From positions 926,400-990,399 of the forward strand of contig NW_003314315.1 of the NCBI RefSeq assembly GCF_000143415.4: a stretch of 64,000 bases of DNA. Direction: 5' to 3'. The stretch comes from Selaginella moellendorffii. Its lineage: Eukaryota > Plantae > Lycopodiophyta. A program made the position numbers and the translations under genes. Numbering within the stretch: the first letter of the stretch is position 1; the number at the start of each line of letters is the position of its first letter. Shown here piece by piece: positions 35,036-47,144 of this stretch. The notes below the pieces were generated by a model. The model saw only the letters and a list, made by a program, of their open reading frames with translations. It had not been told where the DNA came from and did no database searches.

Positions 35036-36106
35036 ATGGCCAAGTCCAAGGTTGCAAGGAAGGTTGTGGAATCCTACACGATCAGGGGCACTCACAAGGT
35101 TGTCAAAGGTAAAGTAGTCAGTGATTGATTGATCGACTGCACAAAAAATCTCTTTTTGCTTCGCTCGGCTCAAAGTTTTTTGCTTTGCTTCTTCGCAGCT
35201 GGGGACACAGTTTTCATGCGTGCTCCCGATCCGGAGAAGCCTTCTTACGTAGCCAAGATCGAGAGAATCGAAGCTGATGCCAGGAACAACATCAAAGTTA
35301 ATGTCCGCTGGTACTATCGGCCCGAGGAGTCCATGGGAGGGAGGCGCCAATTCCATGGAGCTAAAGAGCTGTTTTTGTCCGATCACTTCGACATCCAGAG
35401 CGCTGATACGATCGAAGGGAAGTGTACAGTTCACAGCTTCAAGAGCTACACCAAGTTGGAGAGCGTGGGAAGCGATGATTTCTTCTACCGATTCGAGTAC
35501 AAGGCGGCCACAGGCGGCTTTACTCCCGATCGTGTTCCAGTGTAAGTGCTCTCTCTCTCTCTCTGTCTCTCTGGCGTCTCGTTGACTAGTTGTGTTCTTA
35601 TCAAGCTTCTCTTCTTCTCTTGGTCTCGTTGTGTTCTTATCGAACTTCTCCTGGTCTCGTTGTGTTCGAACTTCTCTTTCCTCTCTTGGTCTCGTTGTGA
35701 TCGAACTTCTCTTTCTTCTCTTGTGTTCTTACCAAGCGCTTTATTACGTGAAGGTATTGCAAATGTGAGATGCCATACAATCCGGACGATTTGATGGTTC
35801 AGTGCGAGTCCTGCAAGGATTGGTAAGTCCTCTTCATCCAAACGAGCAAAGTTTTGATGCAAAATACCTCCTTTGCGTCTCCAGGTTCCATCCGACCTGC
35901 ATGAGTCTATCTCCTGACCAAGTCAAGAAGTTGGAAACGTTCCATTGCCCGGAGTGCTCTTCTTCTCCGCCCGACGAGAAGAAAACAAAGAAATCTTCTC
36001 CTCCACACGAGGCCAAGGTAGAAACACACTCCCCCTGTGCTCTCGTCTATATGACCGCTTTATTTTTTCTCTTTTCCAGAGCGAACCAAAGCGCCGGAAG
36101 AAATGA
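35036..36106 (+). CDS. EBS: BAH-PHD chromatin reader (EBS/SHL family), 5 exons
   Basis: [16 protein letters not shown]...[17 protein letters not shown]...[36 protein letters not shown]...EPKRRKK. Confidence 0.9.
35590..35735. repeat. Degenerate ~30-40 bp tandem repeats inside EBS intron 2
   Basis: Recurring ttgtgttc...tcgaacttctc...ttggtctcg units. Confidence 0.75.
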
Positions 36107-36359
36107 AAGGCTCGCTCGGCGATTACTACTTCACACAACGGAGTGATTTTGTCGGCTGATTAAGAGGGTTAGTCCTTGTTTTTGGCTTGTAAGATAGCTA
36201 GTCCTTAGGAGTTAGTGCGCAACACTCCGATGATAACCCTCTCTCTCTGTCTCTGTCCATCCCCTCTCATCTCTCTCTGGAGTCGGCCTATATCTGTACC
36301 TATTTATCCCAAAGACTGTGAATAGCTTACAGAATTATATGTTAGCAAAGCGACGAAGC

Positions 36360-36572
36360 CCTGGAGAAAACGAAACTTGTGAGAAAATTTCGATAAATTA
36401 GCTCATTTTACCTGTGTTTCACTCATCGTCTCAAGTTACTCGCTCCAAGTGAAGCGAAGTGGAGCTGGAGATCGGAAAAAACGAAACTTGTGAGAAAACT
36501 TCGATAAAAGAAGCTGATTTTACCTGTGTTCTCTCCACGCCTCTCACATCTCATCGTCTCAAGTTCTCCCAA
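36360..36572. repeat. ~110-bp tandem duplication between the EBS and SET gene 3' ends
   Basis: aaaacgaaacttgtgagaaaa...ttttacctgtgtt...ctcatcgtctcaagtt occurs twice. Confidence 0.85.
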
Positions 36573-38660
36573 GGAGGTGCCGGGACGCCGCTGAGGCACA
36601 GCTTCTCACACTCGTCTCTCCTGGCCACCACGCTCTCCCAGGCTGCCTCCCAGGCACTCCCGGCGCTGGAAACGCTTAGCTCGAGCATCCACTGCCGCAC
36701 TCTTTCATCGTCGTGAGGGGAGAGCTCGCCGTGGATCAAGCTGTGGAGACCAAACATGACGCGCAGCGCGTTGCCATCCCCCGATGCAAACCTGTGCATG
36801 GCCTCGAAGACGAGCACTGGCTCCGGCATCTCTGGAAGCTCGTCCCGGCCATGGCTTTTCCACCTTGCGTAGTACGTAGCGTAGCCCCGGAAATACGCAC
36901 ACCGCAGCCGCATTGTCTCCTCCCCGCTCAGCTCCATCTTTCTCATCTCCCTCTCCAGCTCCGAGACGAGCTCCACCAGCTTAAAGTTGGCGCCGCCACC
37001 CTCCTCGGATCGATCCTCGGCCTGATATCTCGCGGCGATTCCATCCAGCGGTGGCCTCGACTGGAGCAAGCATCTCTCGCAGTGGAGGCCAATCGAGAGG
37101 CAAGAACCCAGGCGCAGCGAGCAGTTGTAGTAGGACTTGAGCAGCTCCTCGCCAGCCTCCAAGTCGCGCGAGGCAAGGACGAGGATGATGCCGCCGCGAT
37201 GGCACCAGTAGACGTTCGGTGTGCACGAGTGATTGATACAGAACGGCAGCGTGCAGTCGGCATGGTTGTGCGCTACCTCCTCGATCAAGGAGATTTGGAG
37301 CTCTTCAGTCACTTTGATCCGTGAGTTTGGCCTGAAAGCGTCGATGCGAGCAACTTCCTCCCCCATTGCGACCATTCTCGATCGAGTCCGTGATGATCCG
37401 GCGCAGGCTCTTACGAGCATTGTGATCTTGTCACCCCACTCTCGAGTAAGATGAAGGTTGTCCCAGCTGGGATTGCTAACGAGAAGAAGCTCCCCTCTTT
37501 TCGCGTCTCTGGTGACGAACAGGCCAATGCCATCGGAATCTACTCGGCTTGGAGCCAGTTCTAGCGGACCGACGAAGTCTGCCATGGAATGGTCACCTTC
37601 CTGTCCAAGCAAGCGTGGAAGATCGAAAGCGCCGTTCTCGCTCTGCTCTTTTCTGATGAGGGACTCTTGATACGCTTTCGTGATCTCTGCCGAGTCGGGG
37701 GAGAGCTCCATAGCCTGTTTGAGAACGTCGAACACAATTGAGTAGTGATGGAGGCCCGTCAAAGCTTGTGCTTTGGTGAGCCAGCTCGCTGCATGGAAGC
37801 TTTCGCAGCAAGCCAGTGCCGCATCGGCGTCAGCGAAAGCTCTGTCATAGTGTTTTAACAGCAGCCACGCTTCAGCTCGGCTAGACAAAGCCTGGAAGAA
37901 CACAAAGAAAAAGAGGTGTTGTCAAAAGAAAGAATTGCAAGGAAAGAACTTACCAGTGCGGATCCCTGGCCTTGAGCCGCCTGACAGAAACTGGATTAGA
38001 CACCTCTGGCAACTTCAAGAAATTCCAAACTCACACCCCAATGCTGTTGCTGTAGAGCTCGATCGCTGCTCGAAAGTTTTTTCGCTCCACCTCTTTGTCT
38101 CCCAGCTCTCGCAGCCATGCAGCGTCTCGGGAAGCCCTCAGTTCTGGAAAATACGCCACCACCTCAACCAAGGAAGGGCTCCGGACTTGCATCATCGAGA
38201 TCATCCGAGAGCTTGGGTCTTTGATCACAACCTCGGCTCCCCTGGGAAAAACTCTCGTCACGTCTTCCTCAGGAAGTAGAGCGAACGGAACCATCACGCA
38301 CGAAGCCATCCCTCGCTCGTCCTCGAGAGCAAACACGGCCGTGTTCCGGTGTATCGGCCTCCCACTAAAAATCCACGAGAATTTCTTGCTGCTGTCACCG
38401 CCTTCCACGCACCTGATCGAATCGATGATGCGGCCACGGACTAATTTCTCCTGGAATCCAGAGTCTGAATCCTTGCCGATCTCTCCAACGCTGCTGCCGC
38501 GCGGCATTCCTGCTGGCCCCTTTCCCAGCTCGGCGATTTGCGGCAGCCCCATCAGCTCCATGGTAGCATCAGTCACCCGATAGCTCGCGGCGCTCGCGAG
38601 GCGCCACATACCTGACAGGCAATGCCGCGCATTCTCCCGGAGCGCAAGCAAAAGCTCCAT
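36551..38660 (-). CDS. TPR + SET-domain protein (SMYD-like), 3 exons
   Basis: TPR segments LRELGDKEVERKNFRAAIELYS and SSRAEAWLLLKHYDRAFAD; SET motifs GIGLFVTRDAKRGELLL, CINHSCTPN, GEELLKSY; post-SET CERC. Confidence 0.82.
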
Positions 38661-38828
38661 AGACAATAAACCCTAAGTACCAAAAAACCCTAATTTTGAA
38701 AATGCGCGCGTCTTTGGTTGACTATCTTTGACCTCCACCCTTTTTGCATTTGTCGGTGGAGCATGCATATAAAAGCAAGGCCGCATTCTTTCTTTTTTAG
38801 GGCTCCCATAGTTTCTCTCTGACTCGAA

Positions 38829-39347
38829 ATGGCTTCGTTCGCAGATCCCCACAGAGATTTCTTTCACTCAATCTTCAAAGCGTCTTGTAACAAGGCAACA
38901 GTCGCAAGAGCAGAGCCAGATTTGAGTCTTACGCTTGGGAGGAGGAGTTCTTCAAATGTTTTTATTGTGCATGGTAAAGATGAAAAAGATTGGTTGAGAC
39001 TTGGGGTTCCAAACGCTACTACTTCATCATTTTCGACATCAAATTTTGAATCAGAAAAGGTAGAAAAATCGTCGAACACAAAATCTTCTTTTCGTGAGAA
39101 GAGAACAAAGATTTCTTGCGACAAGAGCAGTGATGAAGTTCCCATGGCATGTATTTTTTGTGGTGGTAGTGCTAGATTTGACTACTACAACAATAAGAAC
39201 ATCAATCAGCCAAGATTTCGGTGCCTGAAGTGCAAGAAGAAGTTCACTCCAGGCGCAAGTTTGAGGGGAGCACAGCGCAAGAAACTTGCAGAGCTCCACA
39301 GGATGACTCAACAAGTTTGTAAATTCAACACATACACCAAAGAATAA
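38829..39347 (+). CDS. Atypical Dof-like C2C2 zinc-finger protein with EAR-like motifs, intronless
   Basis: CIFCGGSARFDYYNNKNINQPRFRCLKC...FTPGASLR; DLSLTLG and DWLRLG motifs; TATAAAA near 38768. Confidence 0.7.
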   Translation: MASFADPHRDFFHSIFKASCNKATVARAEPDLSLTLGRRSSSNVFIVHGKDEKDWLRLGVPNATTSSFSTSNFESEKVEKSSNTKSSFREKRTKISCDKSSDEVPMACIFCGGSARFDYYNNKNINQPRFRCLKCKKKFTPGASLRGAQRKKLAELHRMTQQVCKFNTYTKE

Positions 39348-39480
39348 TTTTGTTACCAAAAATCCTTTTTCTTTTCATGTTCTTGTGGAAGCAGTGATTT
39401 GTAAATACAGAACTATCACCCAAAGAACAATTTGTCACAAAAGCTCTTTTTTTCTTCTTGTCTTTGATGCTTGGATCAAC

Positions 39481-41622
39481 TCAAGCTCCTCTTCCACCAG
39501 TGACATTATCCATGAGCACATAAGCTGCAGCATCTTGATCATTCAGCTCAACCAGGCGCTCGAACGCAAGCTTCCCGACCACCAAGTTCTTCCACTTGCA
39601 GCACGCCCCTAAAACACTCCTCCACGCCACGGACTCTTTGTAGTAACTGGCAGCCTCCACTGGCATCGACTCCGCCATGGCTACCGCAGCGTCCATCTTA
39701 TTCGCACGGGCAAGCGCATCCACCATGACGCTGTAGTGGTCGACCCCGGGAGCTATCCCGTGCTTGGAACTCATCCCCTCGAGGTACTCTCGGGCCTCCT
39801 CCACAAGGCCAGCGTGACTGCAAGCCGTGAGGAGGCACACGAAAGTTGTAGCATCGGCTTTCACCACAGCTTCGCGTTGCATCCTCTCGAAGAGCGAGAT
39901 GACGAGCTTGCTGTTTCCCTGCCGAGCGTATCCGGCCATGAGCGAGTTCCAGGCGACCAGCTCTCTGGAAGCCACCGCTAGCGAGTCGAACAGCCGCTGG
40001 GAGTGGACGATGCTACCGCTCTTCGCAAAGACGTCGATCAAAGAGTTGGCTAGAACAGCATCCACGGCCTCGAGTCCATACAGCCGGCATGCTAGTGCGT
40101 AGATCGATTTGCCAGAGTCCAAGTTTGCGCAGCTTCCACAGGCCTTGAGAGCAGTAGCAAGAGTCTGGACGTCTAGCCTTGTGATACCTTGGATCTGGAT
40201 CATTGCTGCAAAGACTTCCAGTCCCTTGTCACCATTGCCACTCTCCACATATCCCAGCATGAGTGAGGTCCACGAGAAGACGTCCGGCGCAGCCATGCGG
40301 TCGAAGACTCGTTGCGCATCCGGCATGCTCCCACACTTTGCGTACATGACGATGAGCGCGTTTCCCATGAGGCAGGAGCTTTGAACATTTGTGACAGCTT
40401 GAGCTTCTGAGTGAAGTGACATGCCTCGACTCAAGTATCCCAGAAGCTGATCCGGGTTTCCTTGCTCGTTATCTTTCTCTGCTAGACCCGTCACCGCCTT
40501 GAATGCCGCAACGACTGCAAGCTCGTCCGGTTGACATCGACGAGCCTGCGACTGCATGCACTGAAACAAACTCAGTGCCTTCTCTTCGTGTCCACTGTCA
40601 ACATAGCCAAGCATCAGAGAAGTCCACGAGACGACATCACAGTAAAGCATACCTTGGAAAATCTTCTCCGCATCGTCAATGCTTCCACATCTGATGTAGC
40701 AATTCACGAGAGTGCTGGCCACGAAGATGTCCGAAAGGAAACCACTCTTGGCAGCTTGAGAGTGAAGAGCCACGCACTTGCCAAGCGACAAAACCTTGTT
40801 GTCCGAAAGGCTCGAGCAGGCCTTCAACGCAGCAACAAAGGACAGCCCATCCGGTTCTACTTGTGCTCCAACCATCCTCTCAAACAAGTCGAGGCAAAGA
40901 TCCGGCTCCCCGTTCTCGACGTAGCCCAGCATCATCGCATTCCAAGCCGCTAAGTCACGCAGCTCCATTCTTTCAAACACCCTGCGAGCGTCCACAGTGC
41001 TCCCACACCTCGCATACATGCTGATCAGCGAGCAAGCTACGTGTTTTTGCCTGTCGAAACCATACCTCCCAGCGTGAGAATGGACACAAGCTCCTCTCTC
41101 CAAAGCCGCCACCTTGACGAGCTTTCCATGATCAAAGCTTTTGCCCTCTTCCCTCACAGCCAAGCCCGAGCAAGCCTTGACAGCAGCCACGAAAGTCCGA
41201 GCGTCAGGAGCTACTCGTGAGTCCTCCATCCGCGCCAAGAGATTTAAAGCCATGGCATTCTCCCCGTTCTCCACACACCCCGCCATCAAAACCGTCCAGG
41301 AAACTGTGGTGTGATGCGCCATTCTCTCGAAAGCTCGCCTCGCTTCCACCAAGCTCCCACATTTCCCATACATGTCCACCACTGTATTCGCCACCGCGAC
41401 GTTTGCATCGTCTCCTCTCTCGCTGATCCCCGCGTGGAGCACTCTCCCCCTTCTCAAATCCCTGTCCCTGCCGCAGGCCTTGAGCGCCGCAATAAGACCC
41501 GCTATGTCGCTTGGCGATGATCTCTCCCTCGTGATTTCCCCACAATCCAGTGTAGGCCCGAGCGCCGGCTTCCTGGTGATGGATCGAGGCCGCAAGATCC
41601 TGAGAGCCAGGCACCCGAGCAT
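39481..41622 (-). CDS. PLS-class PPR protein ending within the E region, no DYW
   Basis: Repeated MYGKCGS...ARRVFERM...SWTSLMLGYVE; C-terminus HYSVMVDALARA...WRSVLGAC...AAYVLM. Confidence 0.93.
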   Translation of the reverse strand: MLGCLALRILRPRSITRKPALGPTLDCGEITRERSSPSDIAGLIAALKACGRDRDLRRGRVLHAGISERGDDANVAVANTVVDMYGKCGSLVEARRAFERMAHHTTVSWTVLMAGCVENGENAMALNLLARMEDSRVAPDARTFVAAVKACSGLAVREEGKSFDHGKLVKVAALERGACVHSHAGRYGFDRQKHVACSLISMYARCGSTVDARRVFERMELRDLAAWNAMMLGYVENGEPDLCLDLFERMVGAQVEPDGLSFVAALKACSSLSDNKVLSLGKCVALHSQAAKSGFLSDIFVASTLVNCYIRCGSIDDAEKIFQGMLYCDVVSWTSLMLGYVDSGHEEKALSLFQCMQSQARRCQPDELAVVAAFKAVTGLAEKDNEQGNPDQLLGYLSRGMSLHSEAQAVTNVQSSCLMGNALIVMYAKCGSMPDAQRVFDRMAAPDVFSWTSLMLGYVESGNGDKGLEVFAAMIQIQGITRLDVQTLATALKACGSCANLDSGKSIYALACRLYGLEAVDAVLANSLIDVFAKSGSIVHSQRLFDSLAVASRELVAWNSLMAGYARQGNSKLVISLFERMQREAVVKADATTFVCLLTACSHAGLVEEAREYLEGMSSKHGIAPGVDHYSVMVDALARANKMDAAVAMAESMPVEAASYYKESVAWRSVLGACCKWKNLVVGKLAFERLVELNDQDAAAYVLMDNVTGGRGA

Positions 41623-41685
41623 TCCACATCGATCATCGCCCCAATCTATTTTCCCTCAAAACCCTAGATCGTTTTAGGGCTCTTG

Positions 41686-41770
41686 CAAGAAACCCTAATT
41701 CCTGAATTAGGGTTTCTTCCAAGAACCCTAATTCCTGAATTAGGGTTTCTTCCAAGAACCCTAATTCCTG
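41686..41770. repeat. 33-bp tandem repeat (2.5 copies) of an inverted telo-box pair
   Basis: Unit caagaaccctaattcctgaattagggtttcttc. Confidence 0.9.
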
Positions 41771-42166
41771 TCCAATATTTCAACCACCCCCTGTGGCCCC
41801 GGCCATCCCTGCTGCCACAAGAAACTTGCCTTGATAGATACATTGCATACTGTTCTAATTTCCACTCAACCACCCTCTGTGGACGTTTGAGGCATCTACA
41901 AAGTTGAAAAGGCTTACACCAAACCCTGCTACTGCTGTTGCTAATGCTGCTCTCCAAATTGCACCTAGTCCTGTGGGAGGAGGTGAAATTGTCACATGGC
42001 GCCAAATACCTCCTCTTGTCACGTGGTGCCAAATTCTTGTCACGTGGCAGCAGGAAGAGGAAGCAGCAGTTCTAGATGATGTTGCCATTGCCTGGATTGA
42101 TCGATCATGCAGCGCGTGATGAAGCTAGAGAGCAACAGGTTGTAGCTCCTCTTTGCTGGCCCTCAA

Positions 42167-43125
42167 AATGCTTGATAGAGGTCTTTAACGTAAATTATAC
42201 TGATGAATTCAACCTCTAAAAAAGGTAAGGATCTACTTCCTTATGTAGATGGCATGGATGATTTCATTCAGGTCCTGGTCACCTTGAAGTGGATTTGGAT
42301 GTAGTGATTGCATTTCAGCAAGTATTACTATTCAACTGCATTCTTACGAGCTCACCAAGCTTCCAACCTGAACCAAAACGCTTCTTGTGCCCTTAGCTTC
42401 ACCATTCTCGCAGATACCCCAGCTCTGAGAATCTTCGCCAACCTGTATCTATACGTTTGTAAATACGTGCCCTGGGAACAACTGCACCTAGAATCTAGTA
42501 AGCAGTGAAAGTGGAAAGCACTTAATCCTTAATTGCCGTGTTTCCACAGCCAACCATGATCATATTCTTTTCTTGGCCTAATGCCACGTGTTAGGGCTGA
42601 ACGTCTGGCATATTTCTTTTAGTCCAATGGGAGACTGACACGTCTCTCATGAGAAGTTTCCCCCATTATATCATTTACGCTAGGTAGAAGCTTCAAATGC
42701 TTGATAGAGGTCTTTAGCTGCATTCTTACAAGCTCACCAATCTTCCAACCTGTGCCCTTAGCTTCATTCTCGCAAATACCCAGCTCTGAGAATCCAACCA
42801 GCTTGATACCAACTTGTATCTATACGTTGTATATACTGCCCTAGTATCTAGTAAGCAGTGAAAGTGGAAAGGACTTAATCCTTAATAAGAGCTCAAGGAT
42901 GCCGTGTTTCCACAGCCAACCATGAGCTAAATTGGGCAAACACTCATCATCCCTCAAGAAAACACTTTCAAGAAGGTGGTTTAACCCAATGGAATATTTC
43001 GGTGGATTTCCTTTTCTTGCCCTAATGCCACGTGTCAGGGCTGAACGTCTGGCATATTCGTTTTTAATCCAATGGGAGGCTGACACGCATGAGATTATAT
43101 CATTTACGCTAGGTAGAAGCTTCAA
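42167..43125. repeat. Tandem duplication (~430-530 bp) of a decayed sequence with reciprocal deletions
   Basis: aatgcttgatagaggtcttta...catttacgctaggtagaagcttcaa at 42167-42696 and 42697-43125. Confidence 0.85.
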
Positions 43126-43572
43126 TTTTCCTGTGGAGATAAGCACTGAAGTGGCTGAAATGTCTGGTTTGTAAAAACAATGCACGAGGATTGCCTATTT
43201 CCCGGATAGAATTAAATCGGGGCCCAACGACCGCGGGCAATAATACTGGTGCGAGAAAATATTCGTCAACACCGGCGGCCACGATTTGGCCACCTGGGTT
43301 TTTTGGAGGTAAGCCACGTAAGCGGGTCAGGGGCTTGCTAATTTGGGACGTAATTGGCGGTGCAATGGAATTTAAGAGAATGCCCCGCGCCAGAACACCT
43401 TGTCATCTCCTGCATTCGTCGGCGGTGTTGGATAATTGGATCGATTGGATCGATCGCTTTTTCCCGCGAGGTAAGCGATCGAGAGATCGTAGATTTCGCG
43501 CTCACGCATTTCTCGCATTTCCAGGCTGAGTTCTAGAGCTCCGGCGGGAGCAGGAGGGAGAGGAAGATAAGC

Positions 43573-45528
43573 ATGGAGTTTGGGAGAGCAACCAGAGTAA
43601 GCGATCGTTGCTTTGCTCGAATGTGGGCGATTCGATCCTCGCGGTCGCGAGTGCTTCCCATCGATTTCTCGCTCTGGGCGATCCGGACTGACGTTTTCCT
43701 CTCCACAGGTGGTCGACGAGGAGGCCGAATTCGAGGCGGAGGCGGCCGCGGTGGAGGCATGGTGGCGATCCGATCGCTTCCGCCTCACGCGACGCCCCTA
43801 CACCGCCCGCGACGTTGCCCGCCTCCGCGGGACTCTCCCAATCCACTACCCCTCCAACGAGATGGCCAAGAAGCTATGGTTCATCCTCAAGAACCACCAG
43901 GCCAACAAGTCGTGCTCCCGGACCTTTGGAGCTCTCGATCCAGTCCAAGTCGCCCAGATGGCCAAGTACCTCGACACCATCTACGTCTCGGGCTGGCAGT
44001 GCGCCTCCACCGCCTCCACTTCCAACGAGCCCGGCCCCGATCTCGCCGACTATCCCATGGACACCGTCCCAAACAAAGTGGAGCATCTCTTCATGGCGCA
44101 GCTCTTCCACGATCGCAAGCAGCGGGAGGCTCGGCTGAGCGTCGGCAAGGAGATCCGATCCAGGACCCCCTACGTCGATTATCTCGCGCCTCTCATCGCC
44201 GACGCTGACACTGGATTCGGCGGCACCACCGCCACTGTCAAGCTCGTCAAGATGTTCGTGGAGCGCGGAGCCGCCGGGATCCATATGGAAGACCAAGCCT
44301 CGGTGACGAAGAAGTGTGGTCATATGGGTGGCAAAGTTCTCGTCGCCACCTCCGAGCATATCAATCGTCTCGTCGCTGCGAGGCTTCAGCTGGACGTGAT
44401 GGGAGTGGAGCAAATCCTGGTGGCGAGGTCCGACTCGGTGGCTGCGACGCTGCTCCAGAGCAACATCGATCCCCGAGACCATTACTTCATCCTTGGTGCG
44501 AGCAATCCGGCTGTCAAAGGCAAGCCGCTCGTCACGGTCATGGCCGAGGCCCAGGCGATGAACAAGTCCGGGAACGAGCTCCAGGCGATCGAGGACAACT
44601 GGTTGGCGCAGGCGGACCTCCGGCTCTTCTCGGACGTGGTCGCGGACGCCATCCGGAAGATGGACATCGCCGAGAACGTCAAGGTGGCGAGGCTGAATCG
44701 CTGGTTTGACAGCGTCGAGGGGCTCTCCCATGCTGATGCTCGAGCTCTGGCTGCCACTCTCGGTGTCACCGACGTCTTCTGGTGCTCGGATCTTCCCAGA
44801 ACTCGGGAAGGATTCTACCGCTTCCAGGGGAGCACCAAAGCTTGCATCGCTAGAGGCTGCGCCTTTGCTCCCTACGCCGATCTTCTCTGGATGGAGACTG
44901 CTACTCCGGACGTCGTCCAGGCTCAAGACTTTGCTGAAGGTGTCAAGGCCAAGCACCCGGAGATCATGCTCGCGTATAACTTGTCACCGTCTTTCAACTG
45001 GGACGCTGCCGGGATGAACGACGCTCAAATGCAAGAGTTCATCCCCCACCTGGCGAGGATGGGATACTGCTGGCAGTTCATCACTTTGGCTGGTTTCCAC
45101 GCGAATTCTCTCGCTGCTGATACGTTTGCTCGCGACTTCAAGCAGCGTGGCATGCTGGCTTACGTCGAGGATATCCAGCGCCAGGAGCGTATGAACAACG
45201 TCGAAACTCTGGCTCATCAGACCTGGTCCGGGGCGAATTACTACGACCAGCTGCTCAAGACGGTTACTGGCGGTGTCTCGTCCACTGCGGCGATGCAGAA
45301 AGGTAACAAAGAGTTCCATACGTTTCTCTTTTTCTCTGTGGTCCTGTCCTCTTGTTTTCTGGCTCGGAGAATCTGGGCGACTGTCTCGTTGGTTTTCGTC
45401 TCGTTTCCCGATTTGGATTTTGACGCTTCTCTTCTGCTGGTGTAGGTGTGACCGAGGACCAATTCAAGGATACTTTCGGAAGCAACTTGCAAGCCGGAGC
45501 GGAAGTGTTCGCCAAGTCCAAGCTGTGA
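43573..45528 (+). CDS. ICL: Isocitrate lyase (glyoxysomal), 3 coding exons
   Basis: KKCGHMGGK signature, [18 protein letters not shown]; last exon ends in the PTS1 tripeptide SKL. Confidence 0.97.
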
Positions 45529-45718
45529 GGCTGCTCTGCCCGTTCCGAGTCTATGGATAATGACGATACTCTTCGGTGTGGAGTAATAATAATGTGGCTT
45601 GCTTGAGAAACTGCCAAATGAAGCCTGCTCTCGAGCAGACCCCCAGGAATTGTATATATATCCATCCATTCTTCTTTTGCGCAATTCATCTGGGATAAAA
45701 ACAAACCAAAACGTCTGA

Positions 45719-47064
45719 TCAGTAGGGCCTGAACTTACGTGCAGCTCGCAATTGCGCTATTTTCTTCTTATCTTCTTGGAACTTAAGCTGAAGTTGGGCC
45801 ACCTCTGATGAATCACAAGCCAAGGTCAGGAAAGGCAACATATCGGTTGTTTCATTACCGTTTCGGTGCGTGTCTCTCTTTTGGAATTTGTAGAAATCAT
45901 TCAGCGCCTGCGTCTTCTTCTCGGCATTAGCCGCGACAGCGGCATGAACAGCACCGACAGCAATCCCAGAGGTAGCGTCTGCGCTCCTCCTTTTCCCTTT
46001 CTGGCGAGTCACGACTGTCCAGCCGTCGCCACTGGCAGCAACTTGTCGTTCTTTACGTGCCTGGTTTGAATAATCCAATGGAAGTTTGAGCAAAATTGGA
46101 ACACATCTACGACACTTACTTGCTCTTCGCGTTCCTCGTAGTCAGCTATGAACGAGTCGAGCTGCTCCTGTAGCACATGAATACCTGGCCTACGTGCATT
46201 ATATTCTGCTATCCATTCTGCAAAAGACAAAGAACTTCTTAGAGACAAGAAACTCAAAAGGAGAGACTCACTCTCCATTCCTTGAAGTGTTTTTCCAGCT
46301 TCGCCATCCCCAGAACCTGCACCACCGGAGGACGCAGGGACTACGGGTTCCACCTCCTTTTTCTTTTTCTTCAGCTTCTTTTCTAGCTTCTGTTGGTTTC
46401 CATCCTCAACGAGCATTTTCTTCTGCTTCTTCAGTGCTTTTTCTACCTTCTCCTCGTGTTGTCCACCCTCAATTTCCTCGACAACCTTCTTCTTCTTCAG
46501 CGTTTTTACTACCTTCTGCTCTTTTTGTCCATCCTCAGTTTCCTCGACAAACTTCTTCTTCTTCAGCGTCTTTTCCACCTTCTGCTCGTTTTCTCCATCC
46601 TCGATTTCCTCGACAACCTTCTTCTTCTTCAGCGTTTTTACTACCTTCTGCTCTTTTTGTCCATCCTCAGTTTCCTCGACAAACTTCTTCTTCTTCAGCG
46701 TCTTTTCCACCTTCTGCTCGTTTTCTCCATCCTCGATTTCCTCGACAAGCTTCTTCTTCCGCTTCTTCTTCTTCTTCTTGAGCGTGATTTCTAGATCGCT
46801 GTCATCCTCCTCAACAATTTCCTTCTTCTTTCCTAGCTTCTTCTCGCTAATCTTCTTCTTCTTCTTCAGACGATCTCCATCCTCATCCTCGCTAGTTCGC
46901 TCCGGCATTGGAACCAGATCTAGGCTCCTCTTCTTCTTCTCACTCGAAATCTTCTTCTTCTTCTCCACTAACAATTTCCCTCCCTCCAAGACCTTCTTCT
47001 TGATCTTCTTCTCCTTCACTAGATTTACCTCACTCCGGCTCGCATTTTTCTCGCTCTTGCCCAT
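45719..47064 (-). CDS. RRP7: RRP7-domain rRNA-processing protein with Lys/Glu-rich repetitive N-terminus
   Basis: WIAEY...LQEQLDSFIADYEERE; DGWTVV; FYKFQKRD...KFQEDKKKIAQLRAARKFRPY. Confidence 0.88.
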
Positions 47065-47144
47065 GCTAGCGACGCCACGCGCAGCGCTCTCACGCCATAC
47101 CTCCTGTTCCCGCCGATAAACCCTAACTAAAGCCCCAAGATGTC

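Noticed and set aside
43874-44956. 360-aa antisense ORF over ICL and similar shadow ORFs
   Set aside because: Expected by-product of GC-rich codon usage; no recognisable motifs.
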